The notes under the pieces are model-generated. The model saw only the letters and a list, made by a program, of their open reading frames with translations. It was not told the origin of the DNA and ran no database searches. This document shows, piece by piece, positions 1 through 8,152 of a stretch of DNA of 24,560 nucleotides. The stretch covers positions 1 through 24,560 of the forward strand of contig MGNZ01000136.1 of NCBI GenBank assembly GCA_001795235.1, given 5' to 3'. A program made the position numbers and the translations under genes. Each line of letters starts with the position of its first letter. Within the stretch, counting starts at the first letter, position 1. The DNA is from Chloroflexi bacterium RBG_16_64_32 (GTDB lineage Bacteria; Chloroflexota; Dehalococcoidia; SM23-28-2; RBG-16-64-32).

Positions 1-303
1 AGCCTTGACGAGAAAAGCGTCAACCCGATCGTAAGCGCCCTCAATCTCCTCGGTCGAAACCTGGAGAGAGCGGGCGCGCTCGCCGTGAACGCCGTCGATC
101 TCCTGGTTGTACCGCATTACTGCCGCGTCACCGTGCTCCCTGACATCGCCAAGGATACGGTCAACTACCTCGCCGACGCCCAGCTCCAGCCCGAATACGC
201 GGCGTATGACCTCGCGCACCGCAGGCGGCAGCTCAGCCGCCTCAAGAGGAGCGCGGCGAAGCACCGAGCCTCTCGCGTCGTCCACTCCGCGGGCTATGCG
301 CAA
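1..303 (-). CDS. hisD: Histidinol dehydrogenase, N-terminal part (gene runs off the window start)
   Basis: Not in the ORF track. Manual minus-strand translation from a TTG at 303 gives MRIARGVDDARGSVLRRAPLEAAELPPAVREVIRRVFGLELGVGEVVDRILGDVREHGDAAVMRYNQEIDG...LQVSTEEIEGAYDRV, which matches the HisD N-terminus (V..IL.DVR..GD.A...Y....DG). GAGGGAG SD upstream; lies downstream of hisZ/hisG on the same strand; start overlaps the stop of 294..1052. Confidence 0.9.
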   Translation of the reverse strand, partial: MRIARGVDDARGSVLRRAPLEAAELPPAVREVIRRVFGLELGVGEVVDRILGDVREHGDAAVMRYNQEIDGVHGERARSLQVSTEEIEGAYDRVDAFLVKA

Positions 304-1052
304 CTCAGGTACTCCCTCGCTGCTTCCAGAGCTTCCTCTACGGAGCTATCCATGAACGCCCGGACCCGCTTCTCGGTCAGATAACGGAGCGTCTCATCCG
401 CCAGGTCCGGCAGCGACCGCACGAACTCCCGGAACTGCTCCGGCGTTTCGATCCCGGCCTCCCTGAGGTGACGGCTGGCGATGTAGCGGAACCGGTCCCA
501 ATCCGGAGGATGGTTCACCACGTCCAGGATGACCTCCTGCCATCGACGCAGCGTCTCGGCGTCGATGAGGTCGATCTCCAGCGCCAGGTCCGCGCGGGCG
601 ACCTCATCCAGAACATGGGCCATCAGATCGCGGTCGATGCGCTTCTGGCGGTCGAGGGAGAACTGCATCGCCCGGTCCATGATGTTCGCTCGTATGTTCC
701 CACCCAGGGGAGACCGCTCCCCAAAGAAAGGGCGATAGATCGTGTTGATCCACAGCTCGTCCATAACCAGGTGCGTCACGTAGCCGGCCACGAAGGCGAC
801 CGTGGCCGCGCTCAGCTCGCCCGGTTCGCGCAGCCGCGGGTAAGCCTGGAAGAGGCCCCCTACGCCGCTCTGCTCGTCGAAGTTGGCCAGGTCGAAAAAG
901 TGGGTGCGCCGGCGCTCCCAGCGGGTGATCACGCGGATGTCAGGAGCGGTGGAGCCCAGATAGAGGTTACCCCGCTCCTCTTCCAGAACACGGTGGCGCA
1001 GCCGGTCCGCCACCTCCTTAGCGATGACCGTGTGCAAACCCAGCGGTGGCAT
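294..1052 (-). CDS. Zinc-dependent phospholipase C / P1-S1 nuclease-like metallohydrolase (Zn_dep_PLPC-like)
   Basis: 252 aa with N-terminal H7, GSTAPD(38), TH(51)FF and GYVTH(94)LVMD(98), the metal-ligand pattern of the PLC/P1 superfamily. No signal peptide. Confidence 0.7.
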   Translation of the reverse strand: MPPLGLHTVIAKEVADRLRHRVLEEERGNLYLGSTAPDIRVITRWERRRTHFFDLANFDEQSGVGGLFQAYPRLREPGELSAATVAFVAGYVTHLVMDELWINTIYRPFFGERSPLGGNIRANIMDRAMQFSLDRQKRIDRDLMAHVLDEVARADLALEIDLIDAETLRRWQEVILDVVNHPPDWDRFRYIASRHLREAGIETPEQFREFVRSLPDLADETLRYLTEKRVRAFMDSSVEEALEAAREYLSCA

Positions 1053-1073
1053 CTCACATCTGACCTCGCCGCC

Positions 1074-1082
1074 ATTGTATCA
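1074..1082 (-). promoter_or_regulatory. Possible internal extended -10 promoter (TG-a-TACAAT) for the Zn-hydrolase/hisD segment
   Basis: TGATACAAT on the minus strand in the 36-nt gap between hisG stop and the 1052 start; no recognisable -35. Confidence 0.4.
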
Positions 1083-1088
1083 GACCAT

Positions 1089-2501
1089 CTACCCAGCGTT
1101 CGCGGACATCCGCAGGGATGAAACCACCTGGTCGAACAGCTTGCGGCGGCGTCCCGACAGCACCCGCTCCCTGGACGCAATGACGCAGGTGGTGGAGCGG
1201 AACAGGAGGTCTATCGGCTTGAGCCTGTTCTCGACCAGGGTCCTCCCTGTCTCGGTGCCTTCGATGAGCAGCTCAGCGTCCTCCGGCACGAACCCCTCGG
1301 ACGCCCCGGCGATGGGGATGACCTGATAGCGCCCCAGGTGGCGGCTCCGCGCGAAGGCATCGGCGATGCCAGGAAACTCGGACGCCACGCGGATCATCCG
1401 ATTCCCTTGCGCCCGCCAATGCGCCAGGGCGCCGTCCAGGTCTGACGCCGGCACATCCTCACTCACGACGGCGGCGACATTGAACTGACACCGCTGCAGG
1501 TCCACCAGTTCCTCTGCAGGGCTGGAAGGAAACCGGCTCAGGTGCTCCGTCAAACAATCACGGCCGGTCACTGCCAGGTCAATCTCACCCGTGGCAACGA
1601 GCTGCGGCATGTCGTGGGGACGGATCACTTTTATCTCCAGGCCTGCAAGCGCGCTCTTCGGACGGCGCAGGCACCGCGTTTCGTCATAGCCCGCAAGGGG
1701 CAGCAGGCCGGCCTCCCGCAGCGCCGCCACCACGTGGCGCTGCTGGTGACCGTCCGGCAGCGCCATCCGAAGCGATTGGCGTCGCGCCGGCGCTGGCCGC
1801 TTCTCGCCCGTCCCCGCCGGGAGCGGCGGCGGCAGCCGAAGCGACTGAGCTTCTCCTCTACTCCCGCTGCCCGCCAGCGGGCCTAGCAGGGGGCTCAGGT
1901 CCTTCTTCGCGAGGCTATCTGCGTTGGCGATGAGCCAGGCCGAGCTGCACAGCATGCGAAGCAGAGGGACAAGGCCCTTTGCGGATACGGCCGCCTCGTC
2001 GCCGGCCGCTATAACCGCCAGATCGGCGTCCTCTGGAGGGTAGGCCTCGGCGGCGCCCCACACAGCCTGCACCCGGTATGCGGGCAGCCTGGCCGCCAGA
2101 GCGAACGCCTCCGCTATGTTCGGGAACTCGCTGGCGACGCGGAGGCCTCGGCGGCCCCCTAGGGAGCCTAGGCCCTCTGTCTCGGCGGCGGACGCGACGT
2201 ACAGCCCAAGGCGGCCGACTCCCAGATCACGCAGCGACGCGACGGGGTGCTGAGGGTAGCGGGCCCGTAGCTCCTCAATCCATGCCAGCCCGCAGATACC
2301 GAGGTCGTAGCTTCCCATAGCGATCTGTATGGGGATGTCCTTCTCACGAAAAACCCGGGCGACTGCGCGCTCGTGCCCGCCAACGCTCAGGATGTACGTG
2401 CGGGAGCCCTCGCCGTAGCCTTCGACCTTCAGCCCGACCGACTCCAGGGCATCGGCAACGGGGGTGCGCAGATCACCCGCCGGAAGGGCGAGCTTAATCA
2501 C
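1089..2501 (-). CDS. hisG: ATP phosphoribosyltransferase with two tandem short-form HisG domains
   Basis: Two copies of the HisG fold: aa 1-~205 (KLALP, REKDIP, DLGICG, RVASEFP) and aa ~244-470 (RMALP, RPHDMP, DLAVTGRD, RVASEFP, EGTETGRTLVENRL), joined by a Pro-rich linker. No ACT domain. GTG start overlaps the hisZ stop. Confidence 0.88.
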   Translation of the reverse strand: MIKLALPAGDLRTPVADALESVGLKVEGYGEGSRTYILSVGGHERAVARVFREKDIPIQIAMGSYDLGICGLAWIEELRARYPQHPVASLRDLGVGRLGLYVASAAETEGLGSLGGRRGLRVASEFPNIAEAFALAARLPAYRVQAVWGAAEAYPPEDADLAVIAAGDEAAVSAKGLVPLLRMLCSSAWLIANADSLAKKDLSPLLGPLAGSGSRGEAQSLRLPPPLPAGTGEKRPAPARRQSLRMALPDGHQQRHVVAALREAGLLPLAGYDETRCLRRPKSALAGLEIKVIRPHDMPQLVATGEIDLAVTGRDCLTEHLSRFPSSPAEELVDLQRCQFNVAAVVSEDVPASDLDGALAHWRAQGNRMIRVASEFPGIADAFARSRHLGRYQVIPIAGASEGFVPEDAELLIEGTETGRTLVENRLKPIDLLFRSTTCVIASRERVLSGRRRKLFDQVVSSLRMSANAG

Positions 2502-3720
2502 GACCGGTCTGTCGCAGCGCCTCCGCCACAGCCTCCACGCTAGCCAAACGGCGTCCCTTCCCGCTCACTCCCGACAGCACGTACCCTTCGCCCGACGCCG
2601 CCACCCGCGGGCCGTCATCCGGGGCCGTTCCCGCTACCTGCGCGGCGAGCCCCTCCGCGCGCAGCGTGGCGGCCAGACGGAACGCCGACGCCAGGGACTC
2701 GCCGTCATCTGCCCTGGCAACGACCGTGACGATCTGTCGGGCTTCAGGGGCCTCCGCGGGCAGGAGATCTGCCAGAACAGCGGCTTCCAGCGCGAAACCG
2801 GACGCCGGTACGTGCTCGCCACCGATTAGCGAGACGAGCGCGTCGTAGCGCCCCCCGCTTCCGACCTTCTGGCCGGACACGTCCAGGTGGAACGCTGGCC
2901 CCGTGTAGTACTCGAAATTTCGCACCATCGCCGCCGAAATCAAGCAGCGGCAGCCGAGCGGTTCCAGCGCCCCGACGACGACCGCCAGTTCGTCCAGCGG
3001 CTCTTCCAGGGCAGGAATGCTCTCCACGAAGGTGCTGCGCAAATTGTTCAGGTAGGCCCTGCCCTCGCCCTCCACAGCCAGGAGCATACCCAGAGAGGCT
3101 CCCACATCCGGTAGCCGCTCCTGCAACTCCCGAAGGGCGCCGGCATCTCCATCCAGAATACGGTCATAAACGGCAAGCTGCTCAGCCGCGTCCAACCCGG
3201 CGCGCGCCAGCACTGCGCGCACCAGCCCTGGGTGCGAAACCCTCACGTCGGCGTCCAGGCCGAGGCGAGCCAGCACCTCACGCGCAAGCAGGATAAGCTC
3301 AATGTCGCCCTGAGGCTGGCTCTCCCCGATGAGCTCTACCCCACACTGCCAGTCCTCCCTCGATTCATCGCCCTCAGCGAAGCGGAAGACGCTCTGCACG
3401 TAGAACAGCTTTGCCAGCTTGCCGCCGTCCAGGTACTCCCCGTAGAGCCTTGCCGAAGGGATAGTTGAGTCGGGCCGCATCACCACGCGCTCGCCGCTCC
3501 ACCCATCCCAATCGAGGAACGAGTAGACGCGGCCCAGCATCTGAGGCGAAAGGGTGCCTGAAGAAGTGAACAGATGCAGATGCTCCAGGACCGGGGTGCG
3601 GATCTCCTCGTACCCCCAACCCAAGCAGGCCGTGCGGAACGCCTCTTCCACACGGCGGAAACGCCTCATATCGTCCGGCAGCATGTCTCGCATGCCGCGG
3701 CAGCGTAAGTTTTCGCCCAT
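2494..3720 (-). CDS. hisZ: ATP phosphoribosyltransferase regulatory subunit (HisRS paralogue)
   Basis: GMRDMLP, RPDST, YYTG, GGRYD motifs of the HisRS fold; lacks the HisRS motif-2 loop (RxERPQxGRxRQF is replaced by FAEGDESRED); directly upstream of short-form hisG. Start moved to the ATG at 3720 (AGGAG 9 nt upstream, fits the promoter at 3749-3777). Confidence 0.88.
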   Translation of the reverse strand: MGENLRCRGMRDMLPDDMRRFRRVEEAFRTACLGWGYEEIRTPVLEHLHLFTSSGTLSPQMLGRVYSFLDWDGWSGERVVMRPDSTIPSARLYGEYLDGGKLAKLFYVQSVFRFAEGDESREDWQCGVELIGESQPQGDIELILLAREVLARLGLDADVRVSHPGLVRAVLARAGLDAAEQLAVYDRILDGDAGALRELQERLPDVGASLGMLLAVEGEGRAYLNNLRSTFVESIPALEEPLDELAVVVGALEPLGCRCLISAAMVRNFEYYTGPAFHLDVSGQKVGSGGRYDALVSLIGGEHVPASGFALEAAVLADLLPAEAPEARQIVTVVARADDGESLASAFRLAATLRAEGLAAQVAGTAPDDGPRVAASGEGYVLSGVSGKGRRLASVEAVAEALRQTGRD

Positions 3721-3748
3721 ACTGCACATCTCCTGCGGGATGTGCCTC

Positions 3749-3777
3749 ATTCTAGCGCAGCCCCCGCCCCCATTCAA
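3749..3777 (-). promoter_or_regulatory. Sigma70-type promoter of the his operon
   Basis: TTGAAT (3777-3772), 17-nt spacer, TAGAAT (3754-3749). Confidence 0.65.
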
Positions 3778-3804
3778 CGAACCGACCAGGCCACCCGTTC
3801 ACTG

Positions 3805-3810
3805 TATAAT
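3805..3810 (+). promoter_or_regulatory. -10 element upstream of nfeD
   Basis: Perfect TATAAT 35 nt before the nfeD ATG; -35 weak. Confidence 0.45.
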
Positions 3811-3845
3811 GATGTTGCCTTGTCCTTTCTCCCGCCAGGCCGCCA

Positions 3846-5198
3846 ATGACCGCTGTCCGCCCTGTGTCGCTCTCCCGCTTCCGCTCCCTGCGGCTGACCA
3901 TCGCCCTCGTGTTCCTCATCCTGGGTGTGGCCGGCTTCGCCTGCGGCGGCGGTCCCGGAGCGCCGCCGGACGCCGTCCACGTCCTCACCGCCGACGGCGT
4001 AGTGGGGCCGGTTATGGAGCGCTATCTGGACCGAGGCATTGACGCCGCCGAGGACGAGCAGGGAGAAGCCGTGGTCATCCGTCTGGACACTCCGGGCGGA
4101 CTCATATCCTCCATGAACGACATTGTGAAGCGCATCCTGTCGTCGGAGGTGCCCGTTATCGTTTACGTTAGCCCTCAGGGCGGCCAAGCCGCCTCCGCCG
4201 GTACGTTCATCACCATGGCCGCCCACGTGGCGGCTATGGCGCCGGCCACCCGCCTGGGCGCCGCCACGCCTGTGGGCAGCGGCGGCGAGGAGATTCAGGG
4301 GCCGCTCGGAGACAAGGTGACAAACGACGCGGCGGCCCAGATCAAGGCCCTGGCCGAGCTCAGGGGCCGTAACCAGGAGTGGGCCGAGAGCGCCGTTCGC
4401 GATGCCGTCTCCGCCAATGCCACCGAGGCGCTGGCGCTCAATGTCGTCGATCTCGTCGCTAACGATCTGGATGAGCTGCTAAACTCGGTCGACGGCCGTG
4501 ACATTACCCTGTACTCCGACCGCGAGGTGACCCTCCAGACGGCGGACGCAGAAGTCGTGTTCAACAACATGAGCTTCGTTGAGCGCTTCCTGGACGTCAT
4601 CGCCGACCCGAACATCTCCCTGTTGCTGCTATCGTTAGGCTCTCTGGCTATCTTCATCGAGATCGTGAACCCGGGAGTGATATTCCCCGGTGTGTTCGGG
4701 GTCATCGCTCTGATCCTGGGCTTCTTCTCCCTCAGCGTTCTGCCCTTCAACTGGGCGGGCGTGGCCCTCATCATCTTCGCGTTCGTGCTGTTCGGACTGG
4801 AGATCTTTGTGCCCAGCGGAGGAATATTAGGCGGCGGAGGTGTTGTCGCCCTCATCCTGGGCGGCCTCCTCCTCACGAGCGGTAACCCGCCGGAGTTCCA
4901 GGTGTCTCGTTGGCTGCTCTTCGGGCTGGCTGCGGCCATGGGAGCGATTGTCATCTTCGTCCTGGTCAATATCATGCGCATCCGCATGATGCCGGCCCAG
5001 GTGGGCATAGAGACCTTCGTCGGCCACGAAGCTGTCGTCCGCTCAACTCTCGATCCTCAGGGATTCGTCTTCCTGGACGGGGAGCGCTGGACTGCTGAGT
5101 CGGAAGAGGGCACAATCCAGGAGGGCGAGCGCGTCGTGATCACGGAAGTCCACGGGCTTAGACTCAAGGTCAGAAAGCAAGAGCCGGAAGGAGGCTAG
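3846..5198 (+). CDS. nfeD: NfeD family membrane-bound ClpP-class serine protease (long form)
   Basis: LDTPGG, AASAG (catalytic Ser), DK..ND (Lys), multi-TM middle region, C-terminal OB-like domain (GERWTAES...V...GLRLKV); followed by an SPFH gene. Confidence 0.93.
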   Translation: MTAVRPVSLSRFRSLRLTIALVFLILGVAGFACGGGPGAPPDAVHVLTADGVVGPVMERYLDRGIDAAEDEQGEAVVIRLDTPGGLISSMNDIVKRILSSEVPVIVYVSPQGGQAASAGTFITMAAHVAAMAPATRLGAATPVGSGGEEIQGPLGDKVTNDAAAQIKALAELRGRNQEWAESAVRDAVSANATEALALNVVDLVANDLDELLNSVDGRDITLYSDREVTLQTADAEVVFNNMSFVERFLDVIADPNISLLLLSLGSLAIFIEIVNPGVIFPGVFGVIALILGFFSLSVLPFNWAGVALIIFAFVLFGLEIFVPSGGILGGGGVVALILGGLLLTSGNPPEFQVSRWLLFGLAAAMGAIVIFVLVNIMRIRMMPAQVGIETFVGHEAVVRSTLDPQGFVFLDGERWTAESEEGTIQEGERVVITEVHGLRLKVRKQEPEGG

Positions 5199-5200
5199 CT

Positions 5201-6064
5201 ATGTCCACCGAACTGGAGCCCGGCACGCCGACGGGCCCCCGATGGTTGTCAAAAATCCTCACCGCCCTGGGAATGGTGCTGGTCGTGCCCCTCTTCCCCC
5301 TGGCCGTCAAGATCGTGCCCGAGTACCAGCGGGGCGTCATCTTCCGCCTGGGGCGGCTGGTCGGCGCCCGCGGACCGGGGCTGTTCCTCATCATCCCTAT
5401 CGTGGAGCGGATGGTCATCGTGGACCTGCGCATCGTGACGATGGACGTACCGCGACAGGACGTCATCACCAGGGACAACGTCACGGTCAAGGTGGACGCG
5501 GTCATCTACTTCCGCGTGACCGACCCGGATGCCGCGGTCGTCAAGGTGATGGATTACGTTCGGGCGACCTCCCTCGTCGCCCAGACCACCCTCCGCAGCA
5601 TCCTCGGCCAGTCCGACCTGGACGAGCTGCTCAGTAAGCGCGAGCAGCTCAACCAGCAGTTGCAGAAGATCATCGACGACGCCACCGAGCCCTGGGGAGT
5701 CAAGGTGACCATCGTCGAGGTGCGCGACGTGGCTCTGCCCCCTGAGATGGTCCGCGCCATGTCCAAGCAGGCCGAGGCCGAGCGGGAGCGCCGCGCCAAG
5801 ATCATCCACGCCCAGGGCGAGTTCCAGGCGGCCGAGAAGCTGTCCGAAGCGGGCAAGATAATGGCCGCCACTCCCACCACCCTCCAGCTACGCTACCTCC
5901 AGACCCTCACCGAGATCTCGTCTGAGCACCACAGCACGGTCATCTTCCCGGTGCCCATCGATGTCCTCAGTCAGTTCGTGCGGGGCATGAGCGGCGGCGG
6001 CGGCACCGGACAGGGCGCCGGTCGCCGGCAGATTCCGGTGGAGGAAGAGGAGAAGAAGAGCTAG
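5201..6064 (+). CDS. SPFH/band-7 stomatin-like protein (slipin)
   Basis: [56 protein letters not shown]; adjacent to nfeD. Confidence 0.95.
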   Translation: MSTELEPGTPTGPRWLSKILTALGMVLVVPLFPLAVKIVPEYQRGVIFRLGRLVGARGPGLFLIIPIVERMVIVDLRIVTMDVPRQDVITRDNVTVKVDAVIYFRVTDPDAAVVKVMDYVRATSLVAQTTLRSILGQSDLDELLSKREQLNQQLQKIIDDATEPWGVKVTIVEVRDVALPPEMVRAMSKQAEAERERRAKIIHAQGEFQAAEKLSEAGKIMAATPTTLQLRYLQTLTEISSEHHSTVIFPVPIDVLSQFVRGMSGGGGTGQGAGRRQIPVEEEEKKS

Positions 6065-6066
6065 GC

Positions 6067-6105
6067 GGCCCGTCACCCCCTCAGCGCTCAGGGTGACGGC
6101 CCCCG
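6067..6105. repeat. Left copy of an imperfect direct repeat / hairpin (att-like)
   Basis: GGCCCGTCACC-CCCTCA-GCGCTCAGGGTGACG-G-CCCCCG; internal inverted repeat CCGTCACCC (6070-6078) / GGGTGACGG (6091-6099); matches 8757-8797. Confidence 0.7.
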
Positions 6106-6176
6106 TATACCATGCGCACTAATCTAATAGCGGGACCTCACACACCGTTCCGGAGTGCTCCCGAAGGGAGTCGCCC

Positions 6177-6452
6177 ATGGCTCTTCTGGAAGATAGGCGG
6201 CAACGCGCCCACCAAGGTGCCGGAAACGCGATCCAGACAAGAATTGCTCTCAAGGGAGAGGCTTGAACACTACATGGTGCATGACCCTATGTTTCTGGTC
6301 GAACCCGTGCTCGTGATCGGGTGCCGGGTTCCGATACGCTATACGGAGAACAAGCGTGACATTTTCGCTCTCGATCCCCAGGAAACGCGGCGGTCCTGAA
6401 GCTCAGCCGCGGGCAGCCGCAAGATCGAGTCGATATACATTATGGCCTTCAC
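6177..6452 (+). pseudogene. Frameshifted remnant of a NucS-like PD-(D/E)XK endonuclease (end approximate)
   Basis: SD GAAGGGAG plus ATG at 6177. Stitching frames gives MAL/WKIGG...RERLEHYMVHDPMFLVEPVLVIGCRVP...KRDIFALDPQ/GNAAVLKLSRGQPQDRVDI, resembling E..LE..I...P......LLIIGRQV......D.LALD..G..VIIELKRG. Two frameshifts, and the ELK motif is degraded to KLS. Confidence 0.5.
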
Positions 6453-6588
6453 AACCGCGTCAGCGATGTCCTCAAGACATCAGAGCGGCCCATAGGGGAA
6501 GTAGTCCGCAAGAATCACCCTCACGATCCATCGCGGCCAGTGAGGCCCTGTTCGTGGGCCCGCATCGCACGACACAGCACGTTCCCGA

Positions 6589-6617
6589 TTGAGAAATCTC
6601 TCTGACGGGCGGATAAT
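6589..6617 (+). promoter_or_regulatory. Sigma70-type promoter
   Basis: TTGAGA (6589-6594), 17-nt spacer, GATAAT (6612-6617) upstream of the 6676 ORF. Confidence 0.5.
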
Positions 6618-6675
6618 CACTCCGGGTAGGGTGGAACAGGACGACTGCGCAGCCGTATGCGAAGGGAGAAGAGCG

Positions 6676-6939
6676 ATGAAGTTCCTTGATCGCCTGTTGG
6701 GACGCAAAGAGGCATCCCCTGCTGAGGCGGAGGTAGCAGAACCAGACTGTCCGCATGTTGCGTTGGTCCCCTTTTGGGACTCGGCCGAAGATATCGGCGT
6801 ACACGAGAAGATTAGTCGTTACGAATGTGAGAGCTGCAAGGCGGCCTTTACGCGCGAACAGGGCGAGCAAATCCGCGTGGAGGGGGCGGAACGACTGCGT
6901 CTTTCCGAGAAGGACCGACGGGATCGCCTAGCGGAATAG
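6676..6939 (+). CDS. Small hypothetical protein (87 aa), putative zinc-binding (CPH...CESC)
   Basis: SD GAAGGGAG, ATG at 6676, MKFLDRLLG start, CxH plus CxxC ligand set, upstream promoter. Confidence 0.7.
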   Translation: MKFLDRLLGRKEASPAEAEVAEPDCPHVALVPFWDSAEDIGVHEKISRYECESCKAAFTREQGEQIRVEGAERLRLSEKDRRDRLAE

Positions 6940-7289
6940 GACCCCGACCTGCGTGGACGCCAAGCACCTCCGGCGACAGGCGCGCTTGCGGGCACGCACG
7001 ACGACCGCCTTTGCCGATCAGAGACCCCTGTAACCAGTCCGAGAGTGACTAACTCAGCTGAGAGGACAGTATGGTGTCTTGGGGTCGACTCCCAGGCGCC
7101 TCTTGGCGACCCATCTTGACCCCCTGGCTACAATGACGCTCAGAGGTCGCGGCAACCGCGTTCTGGATTGTCGTGTTCCCCCCCTCGGGATCCAGAGTCA
7201 GTCGCGAACTGGGACCCTGTCGAGACGTCCCGTTGGGTCCGCAGTCGGCAACTGGCAGAGCACAGATTTCAATCACGGCTTCAAACAAA

Positions 7290-7436
7290 TCAACGGTCAC
7301 TTTCCGCCAGCAGTGCGCGTATTATCATCGTTTGGAGAAGCTGGAGCGCTGGCCTATCCCCTGCGCTGCGCTCAAAAGCCTCCGCGAGAAGCTCGTCGGT
7401 AGTCCATGCGCTCAGATCCTTCGCCAAAATTCCCAT
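7290..7436 (-). CDS. Small hypothetical protein, 48 aa (below ORF-track cut-off)
   Basis: SD AGGAGG 5 nt upstream of ATG; MGILAKDLSAWTTDELLAEAFERSAGDRPALQLLQTMIIRALLAESDR*; same strand as the upstream small genes. Confidence 0.6.
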   Translation of the reverse strand: MGILAKDLSAWTTDELLAEAFERSAGDRPALQLLQTMIIRALLAESDR

Positions 7437-7481
7437 CAAACCCTCCTATGTGCCGTTCCGCAAGGTGCTAACGCCTTTCCC

Positions 7482-7706
7482 TTAGCGCATTGGTCTAACC
7501 CCCAGCATCTGCGCAGACTGAGGCGGTTGGGTGTGCCGAGCATATGACCCGCTAAAGCTGTTATTGAAGTTGCGCCGAGCGCCGCACCGCTTACAGACTC
7601 CCTCACTCACGGGACCATCTTGCCTTCCGATCAACCAATGGTGCGAGTCGCCGACGAAGCTAAGGCCGTCGACGGGAGGGCCGCTACCACTGCGGCTGTC
7701 TACCAC
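7482..7706 (-). CDS. Small hypothetical protein with HHW...CxxC putative metal site
   Basis: SHHWLIGRQDGPVSEGVCKRCGARRNFNNS; GTG start overlaps the RRM stop; start and SD uncertain. Confidence 0.5.
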   Translation of the reverse strand: MVDSRSGSGPPVDGLSFVGDSHHWLIGRQDGPVSEGVCKRCGARRNFNNSFSGSYARHTQPPQSAQMLGVRPMR

Positions 7707-8011
7707 CGTTCGCGACCGTAGTTGGAACCGCCCGAGCGCGCACCCGATCTGTCTCCGTCGCGCCGTGCAGGACGCGCCTCTTCCACCCTGATCACTCGTT
7801 CTCCCAGCGTCTTGCCATTCAACTCAGCGATCGCCCGCCGCGTTTCGGCATCGGTGGACATCTCGACGAAGCCGAAGCCTTTGGAGCGACCGGAGTCCCT
7901 ATCGGTGATGACGGTCGCTGACTGGACCGTGCCTGTCTGCTGGAAGAACGTCTTAAGCTCTTCGTCCGCAGTGTCGTATGAGAGACCGCCTACGTAAAGT
8001 TTGTTGGCCAT
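7700..8011 (-). CDS. RRM (RNP-1) RNA-binding protein
   Basis: RNP2 KLYVGGLSY, RNP1 RSKGFGFVEM, Gly/Arg-rich tail; start at ATG 8011 with SD AGGAGG. Confidence 0.93.
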   Translation of the reverse strand: MANKLYVGGLSYDTADEELKTFFQQTGTVQSATVITDRDSGRSKGFGFVEMSTDAETRRAIAELNGKTLGERVIRVEEARPARRDGDRSGARSGGSNYGRERW

Positions 8012-8152
8012 TGAGTATTCCTCCTCTTGCCCGGCTTTCATCTAGCCGAACAATGTGTTGTCAGTTCTTTTGGATGTTCCTAGCCGGTCCTGCTGCGGGC
8101 ACCGCCAACTAAGGTGGCTCCTGAGGCTACTGTGCTTGGAGCGGGCGGGCGT

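Noticed and set aside
85-384. Plus-strand ORFs 85..384 and 107..355
   Set aside because: Antisense shadows of hisD and the Zn-hydrolase; the minus frame has clear HisD similarity.
2494-3777. Calling the HisRS-like ORF hisS, and its 427-aa N-terminal extension
   Set aside because: It lacks the HisRS motif-2 loop and adjoins short-form hisG; the extension runs over the predicted promoter, so the start is set at 3720.
3846-6064. nfeD-stomatin pair as a novel system
   Set aside because: Well-known conserved gene pair.
7116-7134. TTGACC...TACAAT as a promoter
   Set aside because: Spacer is only 7 nt.
7199-7255. Repeat-spacer-repeat as a mini CRISPR array
   Set aside because: Only two 14-nt units, too short, and no cas genes; kept only as a structured-element finding.
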